Positions 28,523 to 38,400 of a stretch of 64,000 bases of DNA are shown here, in pieces; position 1 is the first letter of the stretch, and each line of letters begins with the position of its first letter. The DNA is taken from the sequence record MT939241.1. One strand, written 5' to 3'. The notes beneath the pieces are model-generated. The model did not search any database. It had not been told where the DNA came from and worked only from the letters and a program-made list of their open reading frames with translations. Source of the stretch: Enterococcus phage 9183. The translations under genes and the position numbers were made by a program.

Positions 28523-29356
28523 ATGCAATCATTTGATAATTTAAATGCAGCTTGGGCATGGTTCGCAACAAAAGCTTTAACAGGAAAAAGAGTTGCGGGC
28601 ACAACCGAATTAAATAATGTATCTTTCACGCTTGAAAATATTAATGAAAATTTACTTACAATTCGTGAAAACTTTTCATTATCATATTATTTAGGAGAAG
28701 GAATTTGGTATGGAGCAGGCTCAAATTCTATGGAGTTCATTTCAAGATTTGGAAAAATTTGGGAAAAATTAAGTGATGATGGTGTTACAAATGAAAGTGC
28801 CTATGGATATATTCTAAAGAAAAAATATGGCTTTGATCAAATTGAAAAAATGGTTGAACTTTTAAGTAAAGATCCAAACAGTCGTCGCGCAGTGATGAAC
28901 ATTAATTTCGCTCGTAAAAATGTAATTGAAACGAATGATGAACAATGCACTATTGCTTTGCAGCTTTTGCTTCGTGATGGTGAGTTAAATATGACAGGAA
29001 TTATGCGTTCAAATGATTTATGGACGGGAACACCGTATGATATTTTCTACTTCACGGAAATTCAAAAATATATCGCTAATCGTTTAGGTGTTCAATATGG
29101 AACTTATACTCATTTCGTTACTTCATTGCATATTTATGATCGTGATAAAACGAAAGTAAGTAAATCGATTTTGAATTACTTAAATGATGAAAAAGTTGAT
29201 GTTACTATTGATGGTCAACTTTTATTAGAAAGCGCACCTGACTTATATAAGATAATAGGTAAGATTATAGATCCTAAAGAAGCCAAGAAAAAAGCAATTG
29301 AATTAGCAAAAATAAGAAATATCGTTGGAGGTAAAGACATTGAAAATCAAAATTAA
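28523..29356 (+). CDS. Thymidylate-synthase-fold pyrimidine hydroxymethylase / methylase homolog (dCMP- or dUMP-hydroxymethylase-like)
   Basis: RRAVMN; nucleophile block EQCTIALQLL; MRSND; SLHIYDRD; Asp in PYDIF where ThyA has Asn (PFNIA). Confidence 0.65.
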   Translation: MQSFDNLNAAWAWFATKALTGKRVAGTTELNNVSFTLENINENLLTIRENFSLSYYLGEGIWYGAGSNSMEFISRFGKIWEKLSDDGVTNESAYGYILKKKYGFDQIEKMVELLSKDPNSRRAVMNINFARKNVIETNDEQCTIALQLLLRDGELNMTGIMRSNDLWTGTPYDIFYFTEIQKYIANRLGVQYGTYTHFVTSLHIYDRDKTKVSKSILNYLNDEKVDVTIDGQLLLESAPDLYKIIGKIIDPKEAKKKAIELAKIRNIVGGKDIENQN

Positions 29357-29756
29357 AATGTTTGAGGATGATCCATTATTTAAACCAAAAAGAGCACATT
29401 ACAATGATGCAGGAGCTGATGTTCGATCAACTGTAGATGCTGTTATCTTACCAGGTCAAACTGTAAAAATTCCATTAGGATTTGGATTGGAATTACCCGA
29501 TGGTTACATGGGTGTAATGATGAGTCGATCAGGCCTCGCCTCTAAAGGTCTTGTTTCACAAAATGCTCCTGTTGACTCAGGTTATAAAGGTCAAGTACAC
29601 GCTATCTTGACAAATACGACAAATTTATCTATTACAATCGATCGCTTTACTCGTGTTGCACAATTAGTGATCGTTCCAATTATGGTGGCAGATTTCGTTG
29701 AAGAATTTGGAAATGAAAGAACTTCCGACGGTTTTGGAAGCACAGGTATTAAATAA
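29334..29756 (+). CDS. dut: dUTPase-family protein (canonical length)
   Basis: motifs AGADV, RSGLASKG, VDSGYKGQV, SDGFGSTG. Confidence 0.75.
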   Translation, partial: KTLKIKIKMFEDDPLFKPKRAHYNDAGADVRSTVDAVILPGQTVKIPLGFGLELPDGYMGVMMSRSGLASKGLVSQNAPVDSGYKGQVHAILTNTTNLSITIDRFTRVAQLVIVPIMVADFVEEFGNERTSDGFGSTGIK

Positions 29757-30100
29757 TGATACTTGTCTTTGATTTAGATGGAACGATTTGTGAGGAGAAA
29801 CCGAAAGGTACTCCTTACGCCGCTTATGCGGACGTTCAACCAAAAAGAAAAATGATTGAAAAGATTAAAGAATATCATGATGCAGGTCATAAAATCATTA
29901 TTTATACTGCTCGTCATATGGTTTCTACCAATGGTGATTTAAAAATGATTGAGGAACGTGTTGGTAAAATCACTCGCAATTGGTTAGAAAAAAATAATGT
30001 TCCTTATGATGAATTAATTTTTGGTAAACCATATGGGGATATGTACATTGATGATAAAGCAATGCAGCTTGATCAATTCTTATTGGAGGAAATGCTATGA
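29756..30100 (+). CDS. Small HAD-superfamily phosphatase
   Basis: DLDGT motif I; T/S motif II; GKPYGDMYIDDKA motifs III/IV. Confidence 0.6.
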   Translation: MILVFDLDGTICEEKPKGTPYAAYADVQPKRKMIEKIKEYHDAGHKIIIYTARHMVSTNGDLKMIEERVGKITRNWLEKNNVPYDELIFGKPYGDMYIDDKAMQLDQFLLEEML

Positions 30101-31731
30101 TTAATAATATCGCTCTTATTCCTGCAGCAGGTAGAGGAACGCGGATGAAATCAGTCACGGATAAATATCCAAAGGCAATGATTCCACATTTAGGAAAACC
30201 AATTATAGGCCACCAAATTGAATATTTGATAAAAGAAGGCTTTGATAAGGTAGTTATCGTTGTAGGTTATCAGAAAGACATTCTAATGCAATACGTGATT
30301 AAAAATTATGCGGATAAAATTCGTATTTTATTCGCAAATCAAGACGAATTAGATGGACTTGCGACAGCGATTCTTGAAGGAATCAACGCCTTAAACGAAA
30401 AAGACTTATTATTATCAAATCTCACAATTATTCTAGGAGACATTTTACCTCAAGAAGAAATGCCTTATTTTAATGGAGAAAGTTTCATTTGCTATAAAGA
30501 GGTTGATGACTGGCAACGTTGGTGCATGGTTAAAGAACTTTATTCAGGTCGTTTATGTTTTTATGATAAACCAATTGATAAGCCAAACACCAATAAAGCT
30601 TTAATGGGAATTTACATGTTTAATGATATCGATCTATTAAAAGAAAGCATCGAACATATCAAAGAAAAAAATATTCGAATCAATGGGGAATTTCAATTAA
30701 GCTCTGCAATGAATATCTATAATGAACATGTTAACATTAATTTGAAAAAATATGAAAAATTCATTGACTTCGGTCAAGCTGAAGACATTAGTGCCGCAAG
30801 AAAAAATGCTGCTCGTTACTTCAATGATATTTTAATTGAAGATGAGGTAGTAACAAAAAGAAGCACTGATAAAAGTAAAATGTACGACGAATCAATGTGG
30901 TACCAATTAGCCAAAAATTACTTAGGTGATTATTTACCTGAATGTTATGGCATGACAAAAGAAAATGATGGATATAAAATGAGTCGCATTAAGCTGCCTT
31001 CTCTCCAAGAACAATTCGTCTTTGGAACATTAAGTAGAGTAGAAGCTTACCAATTGATGATTGACTTAATGAATTATTTCAAAGACACGAAAAAATACGG
31101 GACTAAGCGCCCAAATTTGATTAAAGCAAATCAAGATATGTTTATTAATAAGACAAGAGAACGTATTGAAAAAATCAAAAATATGTTCGATGAAAAATAT
31201 TATGTAATTAATGGAGAAATTAAAGAAAATCCAATTTTTATATTTGAAGAAAAAATCGTTCCTCGTTTAGAGGAAATTATTGCCGATGATAATTATGCCG
31301 CAATGATTCACGGTGATTTATTCTTTGGAAATATGATGTACGATCCAAAAGGAGAAGATGGGCAACGTTTGAAAATCATTGATCCTCGTGGCAAATATGG
31401 AGAAGATAATCGTCTTATGGGTGATATGCGATATGATTATGCTAAATTAAATCATTCAATTTCAGGATATTATGATTTCATTATTAATGGGCTTTATTAT
31501 TTGGAAGATAATGGAACTGTGATCAATTATAACTTTTACGATAGTGAAAAGCAGGTAGAAGTACAAGGTTTATTTGAAGATTTACTTTCATTGTCTCATA
31601 TGAAAAAGAAAGATATTGATATGATCACGGGTATCTTGTTCCTATCGATGATTCCGCTTCACAAAGAGAATAAAAATAATCAAATCATTCAATTTGCACA
31701 AGCAATTAAATTTTTAGAATTAGGAGCATGA
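30097..31731 (+). CDS. Bifunctional sugar-phosphate nucleotidyltransferase (N-terminal) / APH-ChoK-fold small-molecule kinase (C-terminal)
   Basis: N-terminus LIPAAGRGTRMKS...GKP (GlmU/RmlA/LicC-type NTase); C-terminus IHGDLFFGNMMYD...IIDPRG (HGDxxxxN catalytic loop plus D-x-R/G). Confidence 0.6.
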   Translation: MINNIALIPAAGRGTRMKSVTDKYPKAMIPHLGKPIIGHQIEYLIKEGFDKVVIVVGYQKDILMQYVIKNYADKIRILFANQDELDGLATAILEGINALNEKDLLLSNLTIILGDILPQEEMPYFNGESFICYKEVDDWQRWCMVKELYSGRLCFYDKPIDKPNTNKALMGIYMFNDIDLLKESIEHIKEKNIRINGEFQLSSAMNIYNEHVNINLKKYEKFIDFGQAEDISAARKNAARYFNDILIEDEVVTKRSTDKSKMYDESMWYQLAKNYLGDYLPECYGMTKENDGYKMSRIKLPSLQEQFVFGTLSRVEAYQLMIDLMNYFKDTKKYGTKRPNLIKANQDMFINKTRERIEKIKNMFDEKYYVINGEIKENPIFIFEEKIVPRLEEIIADDNYAAMIHGDLFFGNMMYDPKGEDGQRLKIIDPRGKYGEDNRLMGDMRYDYAKLNHSISGYYDFIINGLYYLEDNGTVINYNFYDSEKQVEVQGLFEDLLSLSHMKKKDIDMITGILFLSMIPLHKENKNNQIIQFAQAIKFLELGA

Positions 31732-31735
31732 TAAA

Positions 31736-32956
31736 ATGGGTAAAACAATCGTTTTTGGAAAATTAGGAAGAACTATACGATTCAACCGCAAGAATTGGAA
31801 ATCAGGTGCTGGCAATAATGAGCCGGCAACATTGCTTTCAGCTTTAGCTAATGCAAATCCTCAAAATAAATATATTATCATTGGTAGAAGTGATTTCTCT
31901 CGTTGTGATGAAGAAACGATAAACTATTGGTTTAAATATGATAATGTTGAAGATGCTTGGGCAGACTATGACAAGAAAAAACATGATCTTTATAATTTCC
32001 TTTATGAAAAATATAAAGATACTCATATTGATTATGGGATTATCAATGGAGGTATCACAGGTAACACAAACTCTCCAGGCTGCTTTATTAAATATGATAA
32101 AGATGGAAATTCAACTGGAGAAAAATTACGTGTGTTAGATGCTATGGCTATTTACGTTGGCCCAATCATTTGCTTATTTAACAAACGAAAAATAAAATGG
32201 GTAAACTTCCATGCAGATGCTCGTCAGTTTCCTATTAAAGGTAAAGATGTTTTCCAACAGCCTGAACTTACAATTGGGACAAGAAATATTGATCGAGTGA
32301 AAATGACATATAAAGATTATGATGATCAAACTGATATTCCTAGAGAAATGAGTATGAGATATGGAATGACTGAAGCTCTCCTTTTACTTGACCCTGAATA
32401 TAAAGATTTTCCTAAAGTTGAAAAAGATATTAAAGTAGGATTCTTCTTCCATAATTATGAAAAAATCAAAAATCGTACTCATGAATTACTTAATTATATT
32501 GATCAGTTTGGAGAAGATGAAATTTCAGTTTATGGCAAATGGAAAGGTTTTGAGGATCAACCTAAATTTAAAGGTGAATGTACCTTTGATGAGATGCAAG
32601 AAATTTTACCTCGGATCAAATATACACTTTGCTATCCTATCGTTAAAGGTGATATTAGTGCAAAATGGATTGAAGCTGTAAGAGCTGGTATTATTCCTTT
32701 CTTCGATGAAAAATATGATGAAAATCGTTTGCTCGTTGATATTCACAACGTTCCTTCATTCTTATATGTATCTTCACCTGAAGATATGAAAGAAAAAATT
32801 AACCTGCTTGAAAAAGATCCTCACATTTACAAATCTATTCTTGATTTATTGACTGATCGTTTAGAATATCTTAAAGAAAATGTTCTTTCAATTTATGAAT
32901 GTGAAATTGAGGATGCCATTGAAGGCGGCGTTGAAAGATACGATAAAATTTATTAA
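31736..32956 (+). CDS. Putative GT-B glycosyltransferase, T4 beta-glucosyltransferase-like C-terminal motif
   Basis: KWIEAVRAGIIPFFDEKYD resembles the GT-B EAxAxGxP(V/I) motif and the T4 BGT block RVWETMASDAVMLIDEEFD (recalled from memory); ~400 aa. Confidence 0.4.
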   Translation: MGKTIVFGKLGRTIRFNRKNWKSGAGNNEPATLLSALANANPQNKYIIIGRSDFSRCDEETINYWFKYDNVEDAWADYDKKKHDLYNFLYEKYKDTHIDYGIINGGITGNTNSPGCFIKYDKDGNSTGEKLRVLDAMAIYVGPIICLFNKRKIKWVNFHADARQFPIKGKDVFQQPELTIGTRNIDRVKMTYKDYDDQTDIPREMSMRYGMTEALLLLDPEYKDFPKVEKDIKVGFFFHNYEKIKNRTHELLNYIDQFGEDEISVYGKWKGFEDQPKFKGECTFDEMQEILPRIKYTLCYPIVKGDISAKWIEAVRAGIIPFFDEKYDENRLLVDIHNVPSFLYVSSPEDMKEKINLLEKDPHIYKSILDLLTDRLEYLKENVLSIYECEIEDAIEGGVERYDKIY

Positions 32957-32966
32957 AAATAAAAAT

Positions 32967-32997
32967 CACGGGCGAATAAGTTTACTATTTGCCCGTG
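32967..32997 (+). other. 7-bp-stem hairpin (cacgggc/gcccgtg) with the next promoter's -35 (TTTACT) in its 17-nt loop; no T-run
   Basis: read directly. Confidence 0.5.
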
Positions 32998-33009
32998 TAA
33001 TGATATAAT
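32981..33009 (+). promoter_or_regulatory. Promoter variant (TTTACT, 17 nt spacer, TGATATAAT)
   Basis: read directly. Confidence 0.55.
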
Positions 33010-33042
33010 ATAAAAGTAAAAATTATAAAGGATGGTATTTAT

Positions 33043-33567
33043 ATGAGTACGACTTTTAAAGTTAAAAAACACGAAGATAATATCATTCACCTTTATTCTG
33101 ATGGAGGCTGTCGTTCAACGGCAAAGAAAGGTGAAAAAATTAAAGACACCGATAAATGTGCTTACGCTTTCTTCTTAAAACAAGGAGGACACGAAAAACT
33201 TGATGGATTTGCTTCTTATGGAAAGACAAATAATAATCAAGAAATAATGGGATTGCTCATGGGGCTAAGAGCAATTAAACGTCCTGAGTTTCCAGTTATT
33301 GCTTATCTTGATAGCGCTTACGTTGTTAACTGTCTTCAAGCAGGTTGGTGGCGTAAGTGGGAGCAAAATGGGTGGACGAAGAAAGGTGGCCTTGCAAATG
33401 CTGAAGAATGGAAAGCATTAATTAAAGAACTTAAAAGATTTCCATTTTTCTCCATTGAAAAGGTGAAAGGTCATTCAGGTAATGCTGATTATAATGATCT
33501 AGTCGACAAGCATTTAAACAAATTAATGGATGAACTTGAGGAGAAAGGTAAAGGTAATGTATTATGA
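33043..33567 (+). CDS. rnhA: Ribonuclease H
   Basis: RNase HI fold motifs LYSDGG, NQEIMG, YLDSAYV. Confidence 0.65.
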   Translation: MSTTFKVKKHEDNIIHLYSDGGCRSTAKKGEKIKDTDKCAYAFFLKQGGHEKLDGFASYGKTNNNQEIMGLLMGLRAIKRPEFPVIAYLDSAYVVNCLQAGWWRKWEQNGWTKKGGLANAEEWKALIKELKRFPFFSIEKVKGHSGNADYNDLVDKHLNKLMDELEEKGKGNVL

Positions 33568-34535
33568 TTTATTTTGGTAAAACTCGTATTAACCTATTTT
33601 CATATGACGCGTCAGCAAAGCCAAGATTAGATACTGAAGAAATATTAAAAGGAATGGGTTTCACACCTTTAATTGTGTCAGCTTTTGAAGAGGTAAAAGA
33701 TGTAAAATTACGCGTCGAACAAGAACTGGCAAACATAAAAGAAAATGATATCATAATCGTTCAATATCCTTCTTTTAGTTGGAGAGAATACGAAATAGCT
33801 TTTAATGAACAAGCACATAAACAAGGAGCTAAAGTGTTTGCTATCGTTCACGATCTGGAGACATTAAGATGGCCTGGTGATACGTCAGACTTTGAAGTAT
33901 TAAATACTTTTGATGCTATTTCATTGCCTTCATATAAAGCTGCAAGCTTTTTAATGAAGAAAGGTTTGAAAACGCCTTTTTACTTCCAGTTCTTTTGGGA
34001 TTATTTATGTGAAAACAATGGGCAAATGTTAGACTTGAATGCCGATATTGTGTATGCAGGAAATATCATTGAACGTAAAACAGAATTTCTTAATGATGTA
34101 AAATTTCCAATACGCCTTTATGGTGATAATATCGAAAATAGAACATTTAGGGAAAATATCACATATGAAGGTAGACGAACGAATGAGGAATTAGTTTTGG
34201 AAATAGGAGGAAATATTGGCTTATCATGGGATAGTAATAATTATTTAGAATATGCAAAATATAATCTTTCATATAAGCCTGCTATGTATTTAGCCGCAAA
34301 CTGTCCTATTATCGTTCATAATAAAACGAACATAGCAAGAATAGTTGAAGCTTATAATTTAGGTAAAGTTATAGGTGATTTAAAATATGATACAGTTTTA
34401 AAAGCTGTCGTTGATATTAAGAAAGAACGTGAAAGATATGCAGAAGCAACTCTTGCATTTGGACAAAATTTAAGAGATGGAAGATGTTTGAAAAATTTAA
34501 TAGAAAGGATGTTGACTTCACAAGATGCATATTGA
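33564..34535 (+). CDS. Hypothetical protein, possible second GT-B-like glycosyltransferase
   Basis: weak GT-B-like C-terminal block YLAANCPIIVHN...EAYNLGKVI; ~320 aa. Confidence 0.3.
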   Translation: MIYFGKTRINLFSYDASAKPRLDTEEILKGMGFTPLIVSAFEEVKDVKLRVEQELANIKENDIIIVQYPSFSWREYEIAFNEQAHKQGAKVFAIVHDLETLRWPGDTSDFEVLNTFDAISLPSYKAASFLMKKGLKTPFYFQFFWDYLCENNGQMLDLNADIVYAGNIIERKTEFLNDVKFPIRLYGDNIENRTFRENITYEGRRTNEELVLEIGGNIGLSWDSNNYLEYAKYNLSYKPAMYLAANCPIIVHNKTNIARIVEAYNLGKVIGDLKYDTVLKAVVDIKKERERYAEATLAFGQNLRDGRCLKNLIERMLTSQDAY

Positions 34536-34779
34536 AATGTATATTTTTGATCAATGTTTCGTCGATCATGCAAATTATTTAGAGACAAGAGTTGGAGAAG
34601 GTTATAAGGTTTATCAATTCCAACAGTCAGGTGGAAATCCTCCATTTAGTCCTATTTATTCTATTAAATTTAGAAAGTTGCTTAAATATAAATGGTACAA
34701 TAATTTTCATGGTTGGTTATTTAAATATAGGAGAAAACGTTTTGTTGAAAAAGAATTAGGGAGGAAATACGTTGGCTAA
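34525..34779 (+). CDS. Small hypothetical protein
   Basis: ORF fills the gap, coupled to its neighbours. Confidence 0.4.
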   Translation: MHIEMYIFDQCFVDHANYLETRVGEGYKVYQFQQSGGNPPFSPIYSIKFRKLLKYKWYNNFHGWLFKYRRKRFVEKELGRKYVG

Positions 34780-35380
34780 ATTAATCTTCTTTTATGGGGC
34801 AATGAAAAGTGGTAAAAGCATGGAAATTGCTAAGACATATACGAACTACAAAATTAAAGGACAAGATCCAATGGTTTTTAAACCTTCGATCGACACTCGT
34901 GATAAAAACATTAAGTCAAGATTAGGTATTGAAATTCCTTGTGAAGTTATAAAACCTGATGAAGATTTAAATAGGAAAATTTTTATTGATCGATTTTCAC
35001 AAAAATTGCCTCCTGTCGTTTTAATTGACGAGGCGCAATTTTTAAGTGACAAACAGGTTCGTGAATTGGGAGTAATTGTTGATGTAGGCAATATTGACAT
35101 AATTTGCTTTGGTTTAAAAAATGATTTTAAAGGCAAACTATTTGAAGGATCAAAGGCATTAATTGAGGAAGCTGATAAGTTAGTTGAAGTTAAGACATTA
35201 TGTGCTTTTTGTAACCGTAAAGCAACTCATAATCTTTTAACTGAAATTCATGATGATGGAAAAAGATATGCAGTTGACACTTCAGTTGAAGGAAACTTAA
35301 GGATCGGCGACGAAGATTTCTTTCAGTGTTGCCGAAAACATTATTATCAATATTCAACACGCACGCGTGAAATTAAATAG
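34772..35380 (+). CDS. tdk: Thymidine kinase
   Basis: FFYGAMKSGKS P-loop; VLIDEAQF; C-terminal zinc ribbon CAFCN...CCRKH. Confidence 0.8.
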   Translation: MAKLIFFYGAMKSGKSMEIAKTYTNYKIKGQDPMVFKPSIDTRDKNIKSRLGIEIPCEVIKPDEDLNRKIFIDRFSQKLPPVVLIDEAQFLSDKQVRELGVIVDVGNIDIICFGLKNDFKGKLFEGSKALIEEADKLVEVKTLCAFCNRKATHNLLTEIHDDGKRYAVDTSVEGNLRIGDEDFFQCCRKHYYQYSTRTREIK

Positions 35381-35391
35381 GATTTTTAATG

Positions 35392-35420
35392 AAGGTTCGT
35401 TTACATAGCGAACCTTTTTT
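35392..35420 (+). terminator. Intrinsic terminator (aaggttcg/cgaacctt plus T6) whose 9-nt loop is the -35 TTTACA of the next promoter
   Basis: read directly. Confidence 0.7.
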
Positions 35421-35428
35421 GATATAAT
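35400..35428 (+). promoter_or_regulatory. Consensus phage promoter
   Basis: TTTACA, 17-nt spacer, TGATATAAT. Confidence 0.65.
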
Positions 35429-35459
35429 AATATTGTAAGTAAAATAAAGGAGGAAATAA

Positions 35460-38400
35460 ATGAGTTGGTTTAGTATTCATAATCATAGTTATTATTCAAA
35501 CTTTCGTCTTCGTGATGCGACGAATGCACCTGAAGATATCATTGATAAAGCGATAGAGTTAGGCTTAACAGGTATCGTTTTGTCTGATCATGAAACTATA
35601 GCGGGAGCACCAAAATTTCTTGATTATGCAAAGAAATTAGAGAAAGAAAATAAATTGCCTGAAGGTTTTAAAGTAGGTGTTGGTAATGAAGCTTACTTAA
35701 TTGATCGAAAATATGAACAAGCAATGATTGATCAAGAAAAAGTTAAGTATTATCATTTTATCATGCTTGCAAAAAATCAAAGAGGATTTGAGTTTTTGAA
35801 AAAGCAAACAGCTTTAGCTTGGTCACACCGCATTTATTCAAGAGGTATGGAACGTGTACCAACATATAAGCAAGATTTGGTTGAATTAATGAAAGAATAT
35901 AAAGGTGACGTTGTTGCTTCAACAGCTTGTATAGGAGGAGAACTACCTCAACTTATTCTTAAATTGGAGGAAGCTACTTTAAATGGAAACGACAACGAAG
36001 TTAAAGAAATCAAACAAGAAATTCACAACTTTATTCATTTTTTGGTTAACACTTTCGGTCATGAAAATGTATTCTTTGAGTTACAACCTTCGTACCAAGA
36101 AGAACAAAAAATCGTAAATAAATGGTTGCCAACGATTGCTGAAGCTTATAAGATTAAATGCATTGTGACAACTGATGCTCATTATCTTACTTTAGCACAA
36201 CAAGAATTTCATAAACAATATCTTCAAGCGTCAGAAGGAGAGCGTGAAGTTGAACAATTTTATGCAACTACTTACATTTTTTCTTATGATGAATTACTTG
36301 AATATTTTGATCAGGAATTGCTTGATGTTTTAGTTGAAAATACAAATATCATTAAAGATATGATAGAGGAAATTAATTATAAACATGAAACCGTTATTCC
36401 AAACAGTCATATTCCTTCGTTTAAACCTAATATGGAAATTATGAAAAAAATCGACGAAGAAAAATATCCAAACATTTATAAGATGATGAACTCAAAAGTT
36501 TTGGAAGATCGTTATTATCATCACAGGGTTATGCAAGGTTTCATTGATAAGAAACAAGAATTTAATGATGAAAATCTTTCAAGAATTGATTTGGAATATA
36601 GTGAACTTGAAGAAATCAGTGAACAGCTTGGACAACCAATGACGTCATATTTCTTAGCCATGACAGAGTTCGTTGATATTATGTGGGAGCATTCGCTTGT
36701 TGGAGTAGGTCGTGGATCAGCTGTATGTTATTACACGAATTACTTATTGGATATCGTTCAATTAAACCCAATTAAATATGATTTACCATATTGGCGATTC
36801 TTATCACGTGAATATGTTGGAGAGTTTCCTGATATTGACGTTGATGCACAAGGATCACAACGAGCTTCAATCATTGAAGGCGTTAAAGAAAGATTTGGTC
36901 ATGAAAATGTATTAAACATTGGAACATACACAACTGAAGGAGCACGAGCTGCATCGCTTACTGCTTGTCGCGCGTTAGGACTTGATCCTGACACAGCACA
37001 AAACATTACAAATATGATTCCATCGGATAAAGGTAATCCATGGCCATTACATGATGCATTCTTTGGTAATGAAGAAGAAAATCGTAAACCTGATAAAGCA
37101 TTCATTAATGAAGTAAATAATTATGAAGGTTTACAAGAATTGATGCTTCAATCACAAGGATTAGTATCAGGTCGAGGACAACACGCAAGTGGAGTTGTTG
37201 TCTTTCCAAATGGATATACGTCAATGAACACAATGATGAAAACAAGTAATGGTTTACCTATTACACAATGGGATGCAGGTACTACTGAAGCTGCAGGCGG
37301 TATTAAGTATGATTTCTTATCAATTAATGCTCTTGATCGAATTAAAAGTGCGATGGATATGTTATTGAAAGATGGAAAAATTGAATGGCAAGGATCATTA
37401 AGAGATACATTTAATAAATATTTCCATCCTGACGTACTTGAAATGGATGCAGATAAAATGTATGATATGTTATTCGATGGTGAAATCATTTCAGCATTTC
37501 AGTTTGAAGCAAAAACGGGTCGTCAAGCATTAGAAAAAATTAATGCACGAAACTTTAATCAATTAGTCGCAGCAAATTCATTGATGCGCTTATCATGCGA
37601 AGGTGAACAGCCAATTGATAAATTCATTCGTTATAAAAATGATTTAAGTAATTGGGATAAAGACATGGATGAATATGGTTTGACTGAAGATGAAAAGAAA
37701 GTGATGCATGAATTGCTTGATGCAAGATATGGGGTTTGTGAAACACAGGAAGCAATTATGCAAATTGCAATGCATGAAAAAGTAGCAAAATATAATTTAA
37801 GAGAAGCAAAGGGGTTACGTAAAGCATCAGCTAAGAAGAAACCTGAAATTCAAGAAAAACAAAAGAAACTGTTCTTTGAAAAAGGAACAGCGAATGGTAC
37901 GTCAACAAACTTACTAAATTATATTTGGAATGAATGTTACGTTCCAACTTTTGGTTATTCTTTTAGTGCGCCTCACGTTGCAGCTTACACAATGATCTTG
38001 ATGATTGAAATGAACATTGCTTATCGTTATGGAGTTCATTATTGGAAGGCAGCTTGCTTAAATGTTGATGCAGGTATTTTAGATGGTGAAGTAGAAGGCG
38101 GAACAAGATATGGTAAAATTGCTAAAGCTTTATCAGGTTTTCGTGAAGATGTTGTTCCTCCGTCAGTCAATAAAAGTGATATTGGGTTTACACCCGATTC
38201 AAAAACGGGTAAAATTATGTATGGTTTAAAGCCAATCGTCGGTATGAATGGAAAACTCGCAAGACAAATCATTGAAAATCGACCTTATTCGAACATTAAA
38301 GATTTCATTGAAAAGAATCTTGAAAATGGTGATTTGACAAAAGGTAAAATGGTTAACTTAATTAAGAGTGGAATTTTTGATGAACTTTACGCAAATCGTA

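Noticed and set aside
28523-29356. This enzyme was considered as a flavin-dependent ThyX, or as an ordinary thymidylate synthase.
   Set aside because: There is no ThyX RHRxxxxxxxS motif, and the fold landmarks are ThyA-type. The nucleophile and specificity residues deviate from ThyA, so it is called a hydroxymethylase-like homolog rather than a thymidylate synthase.
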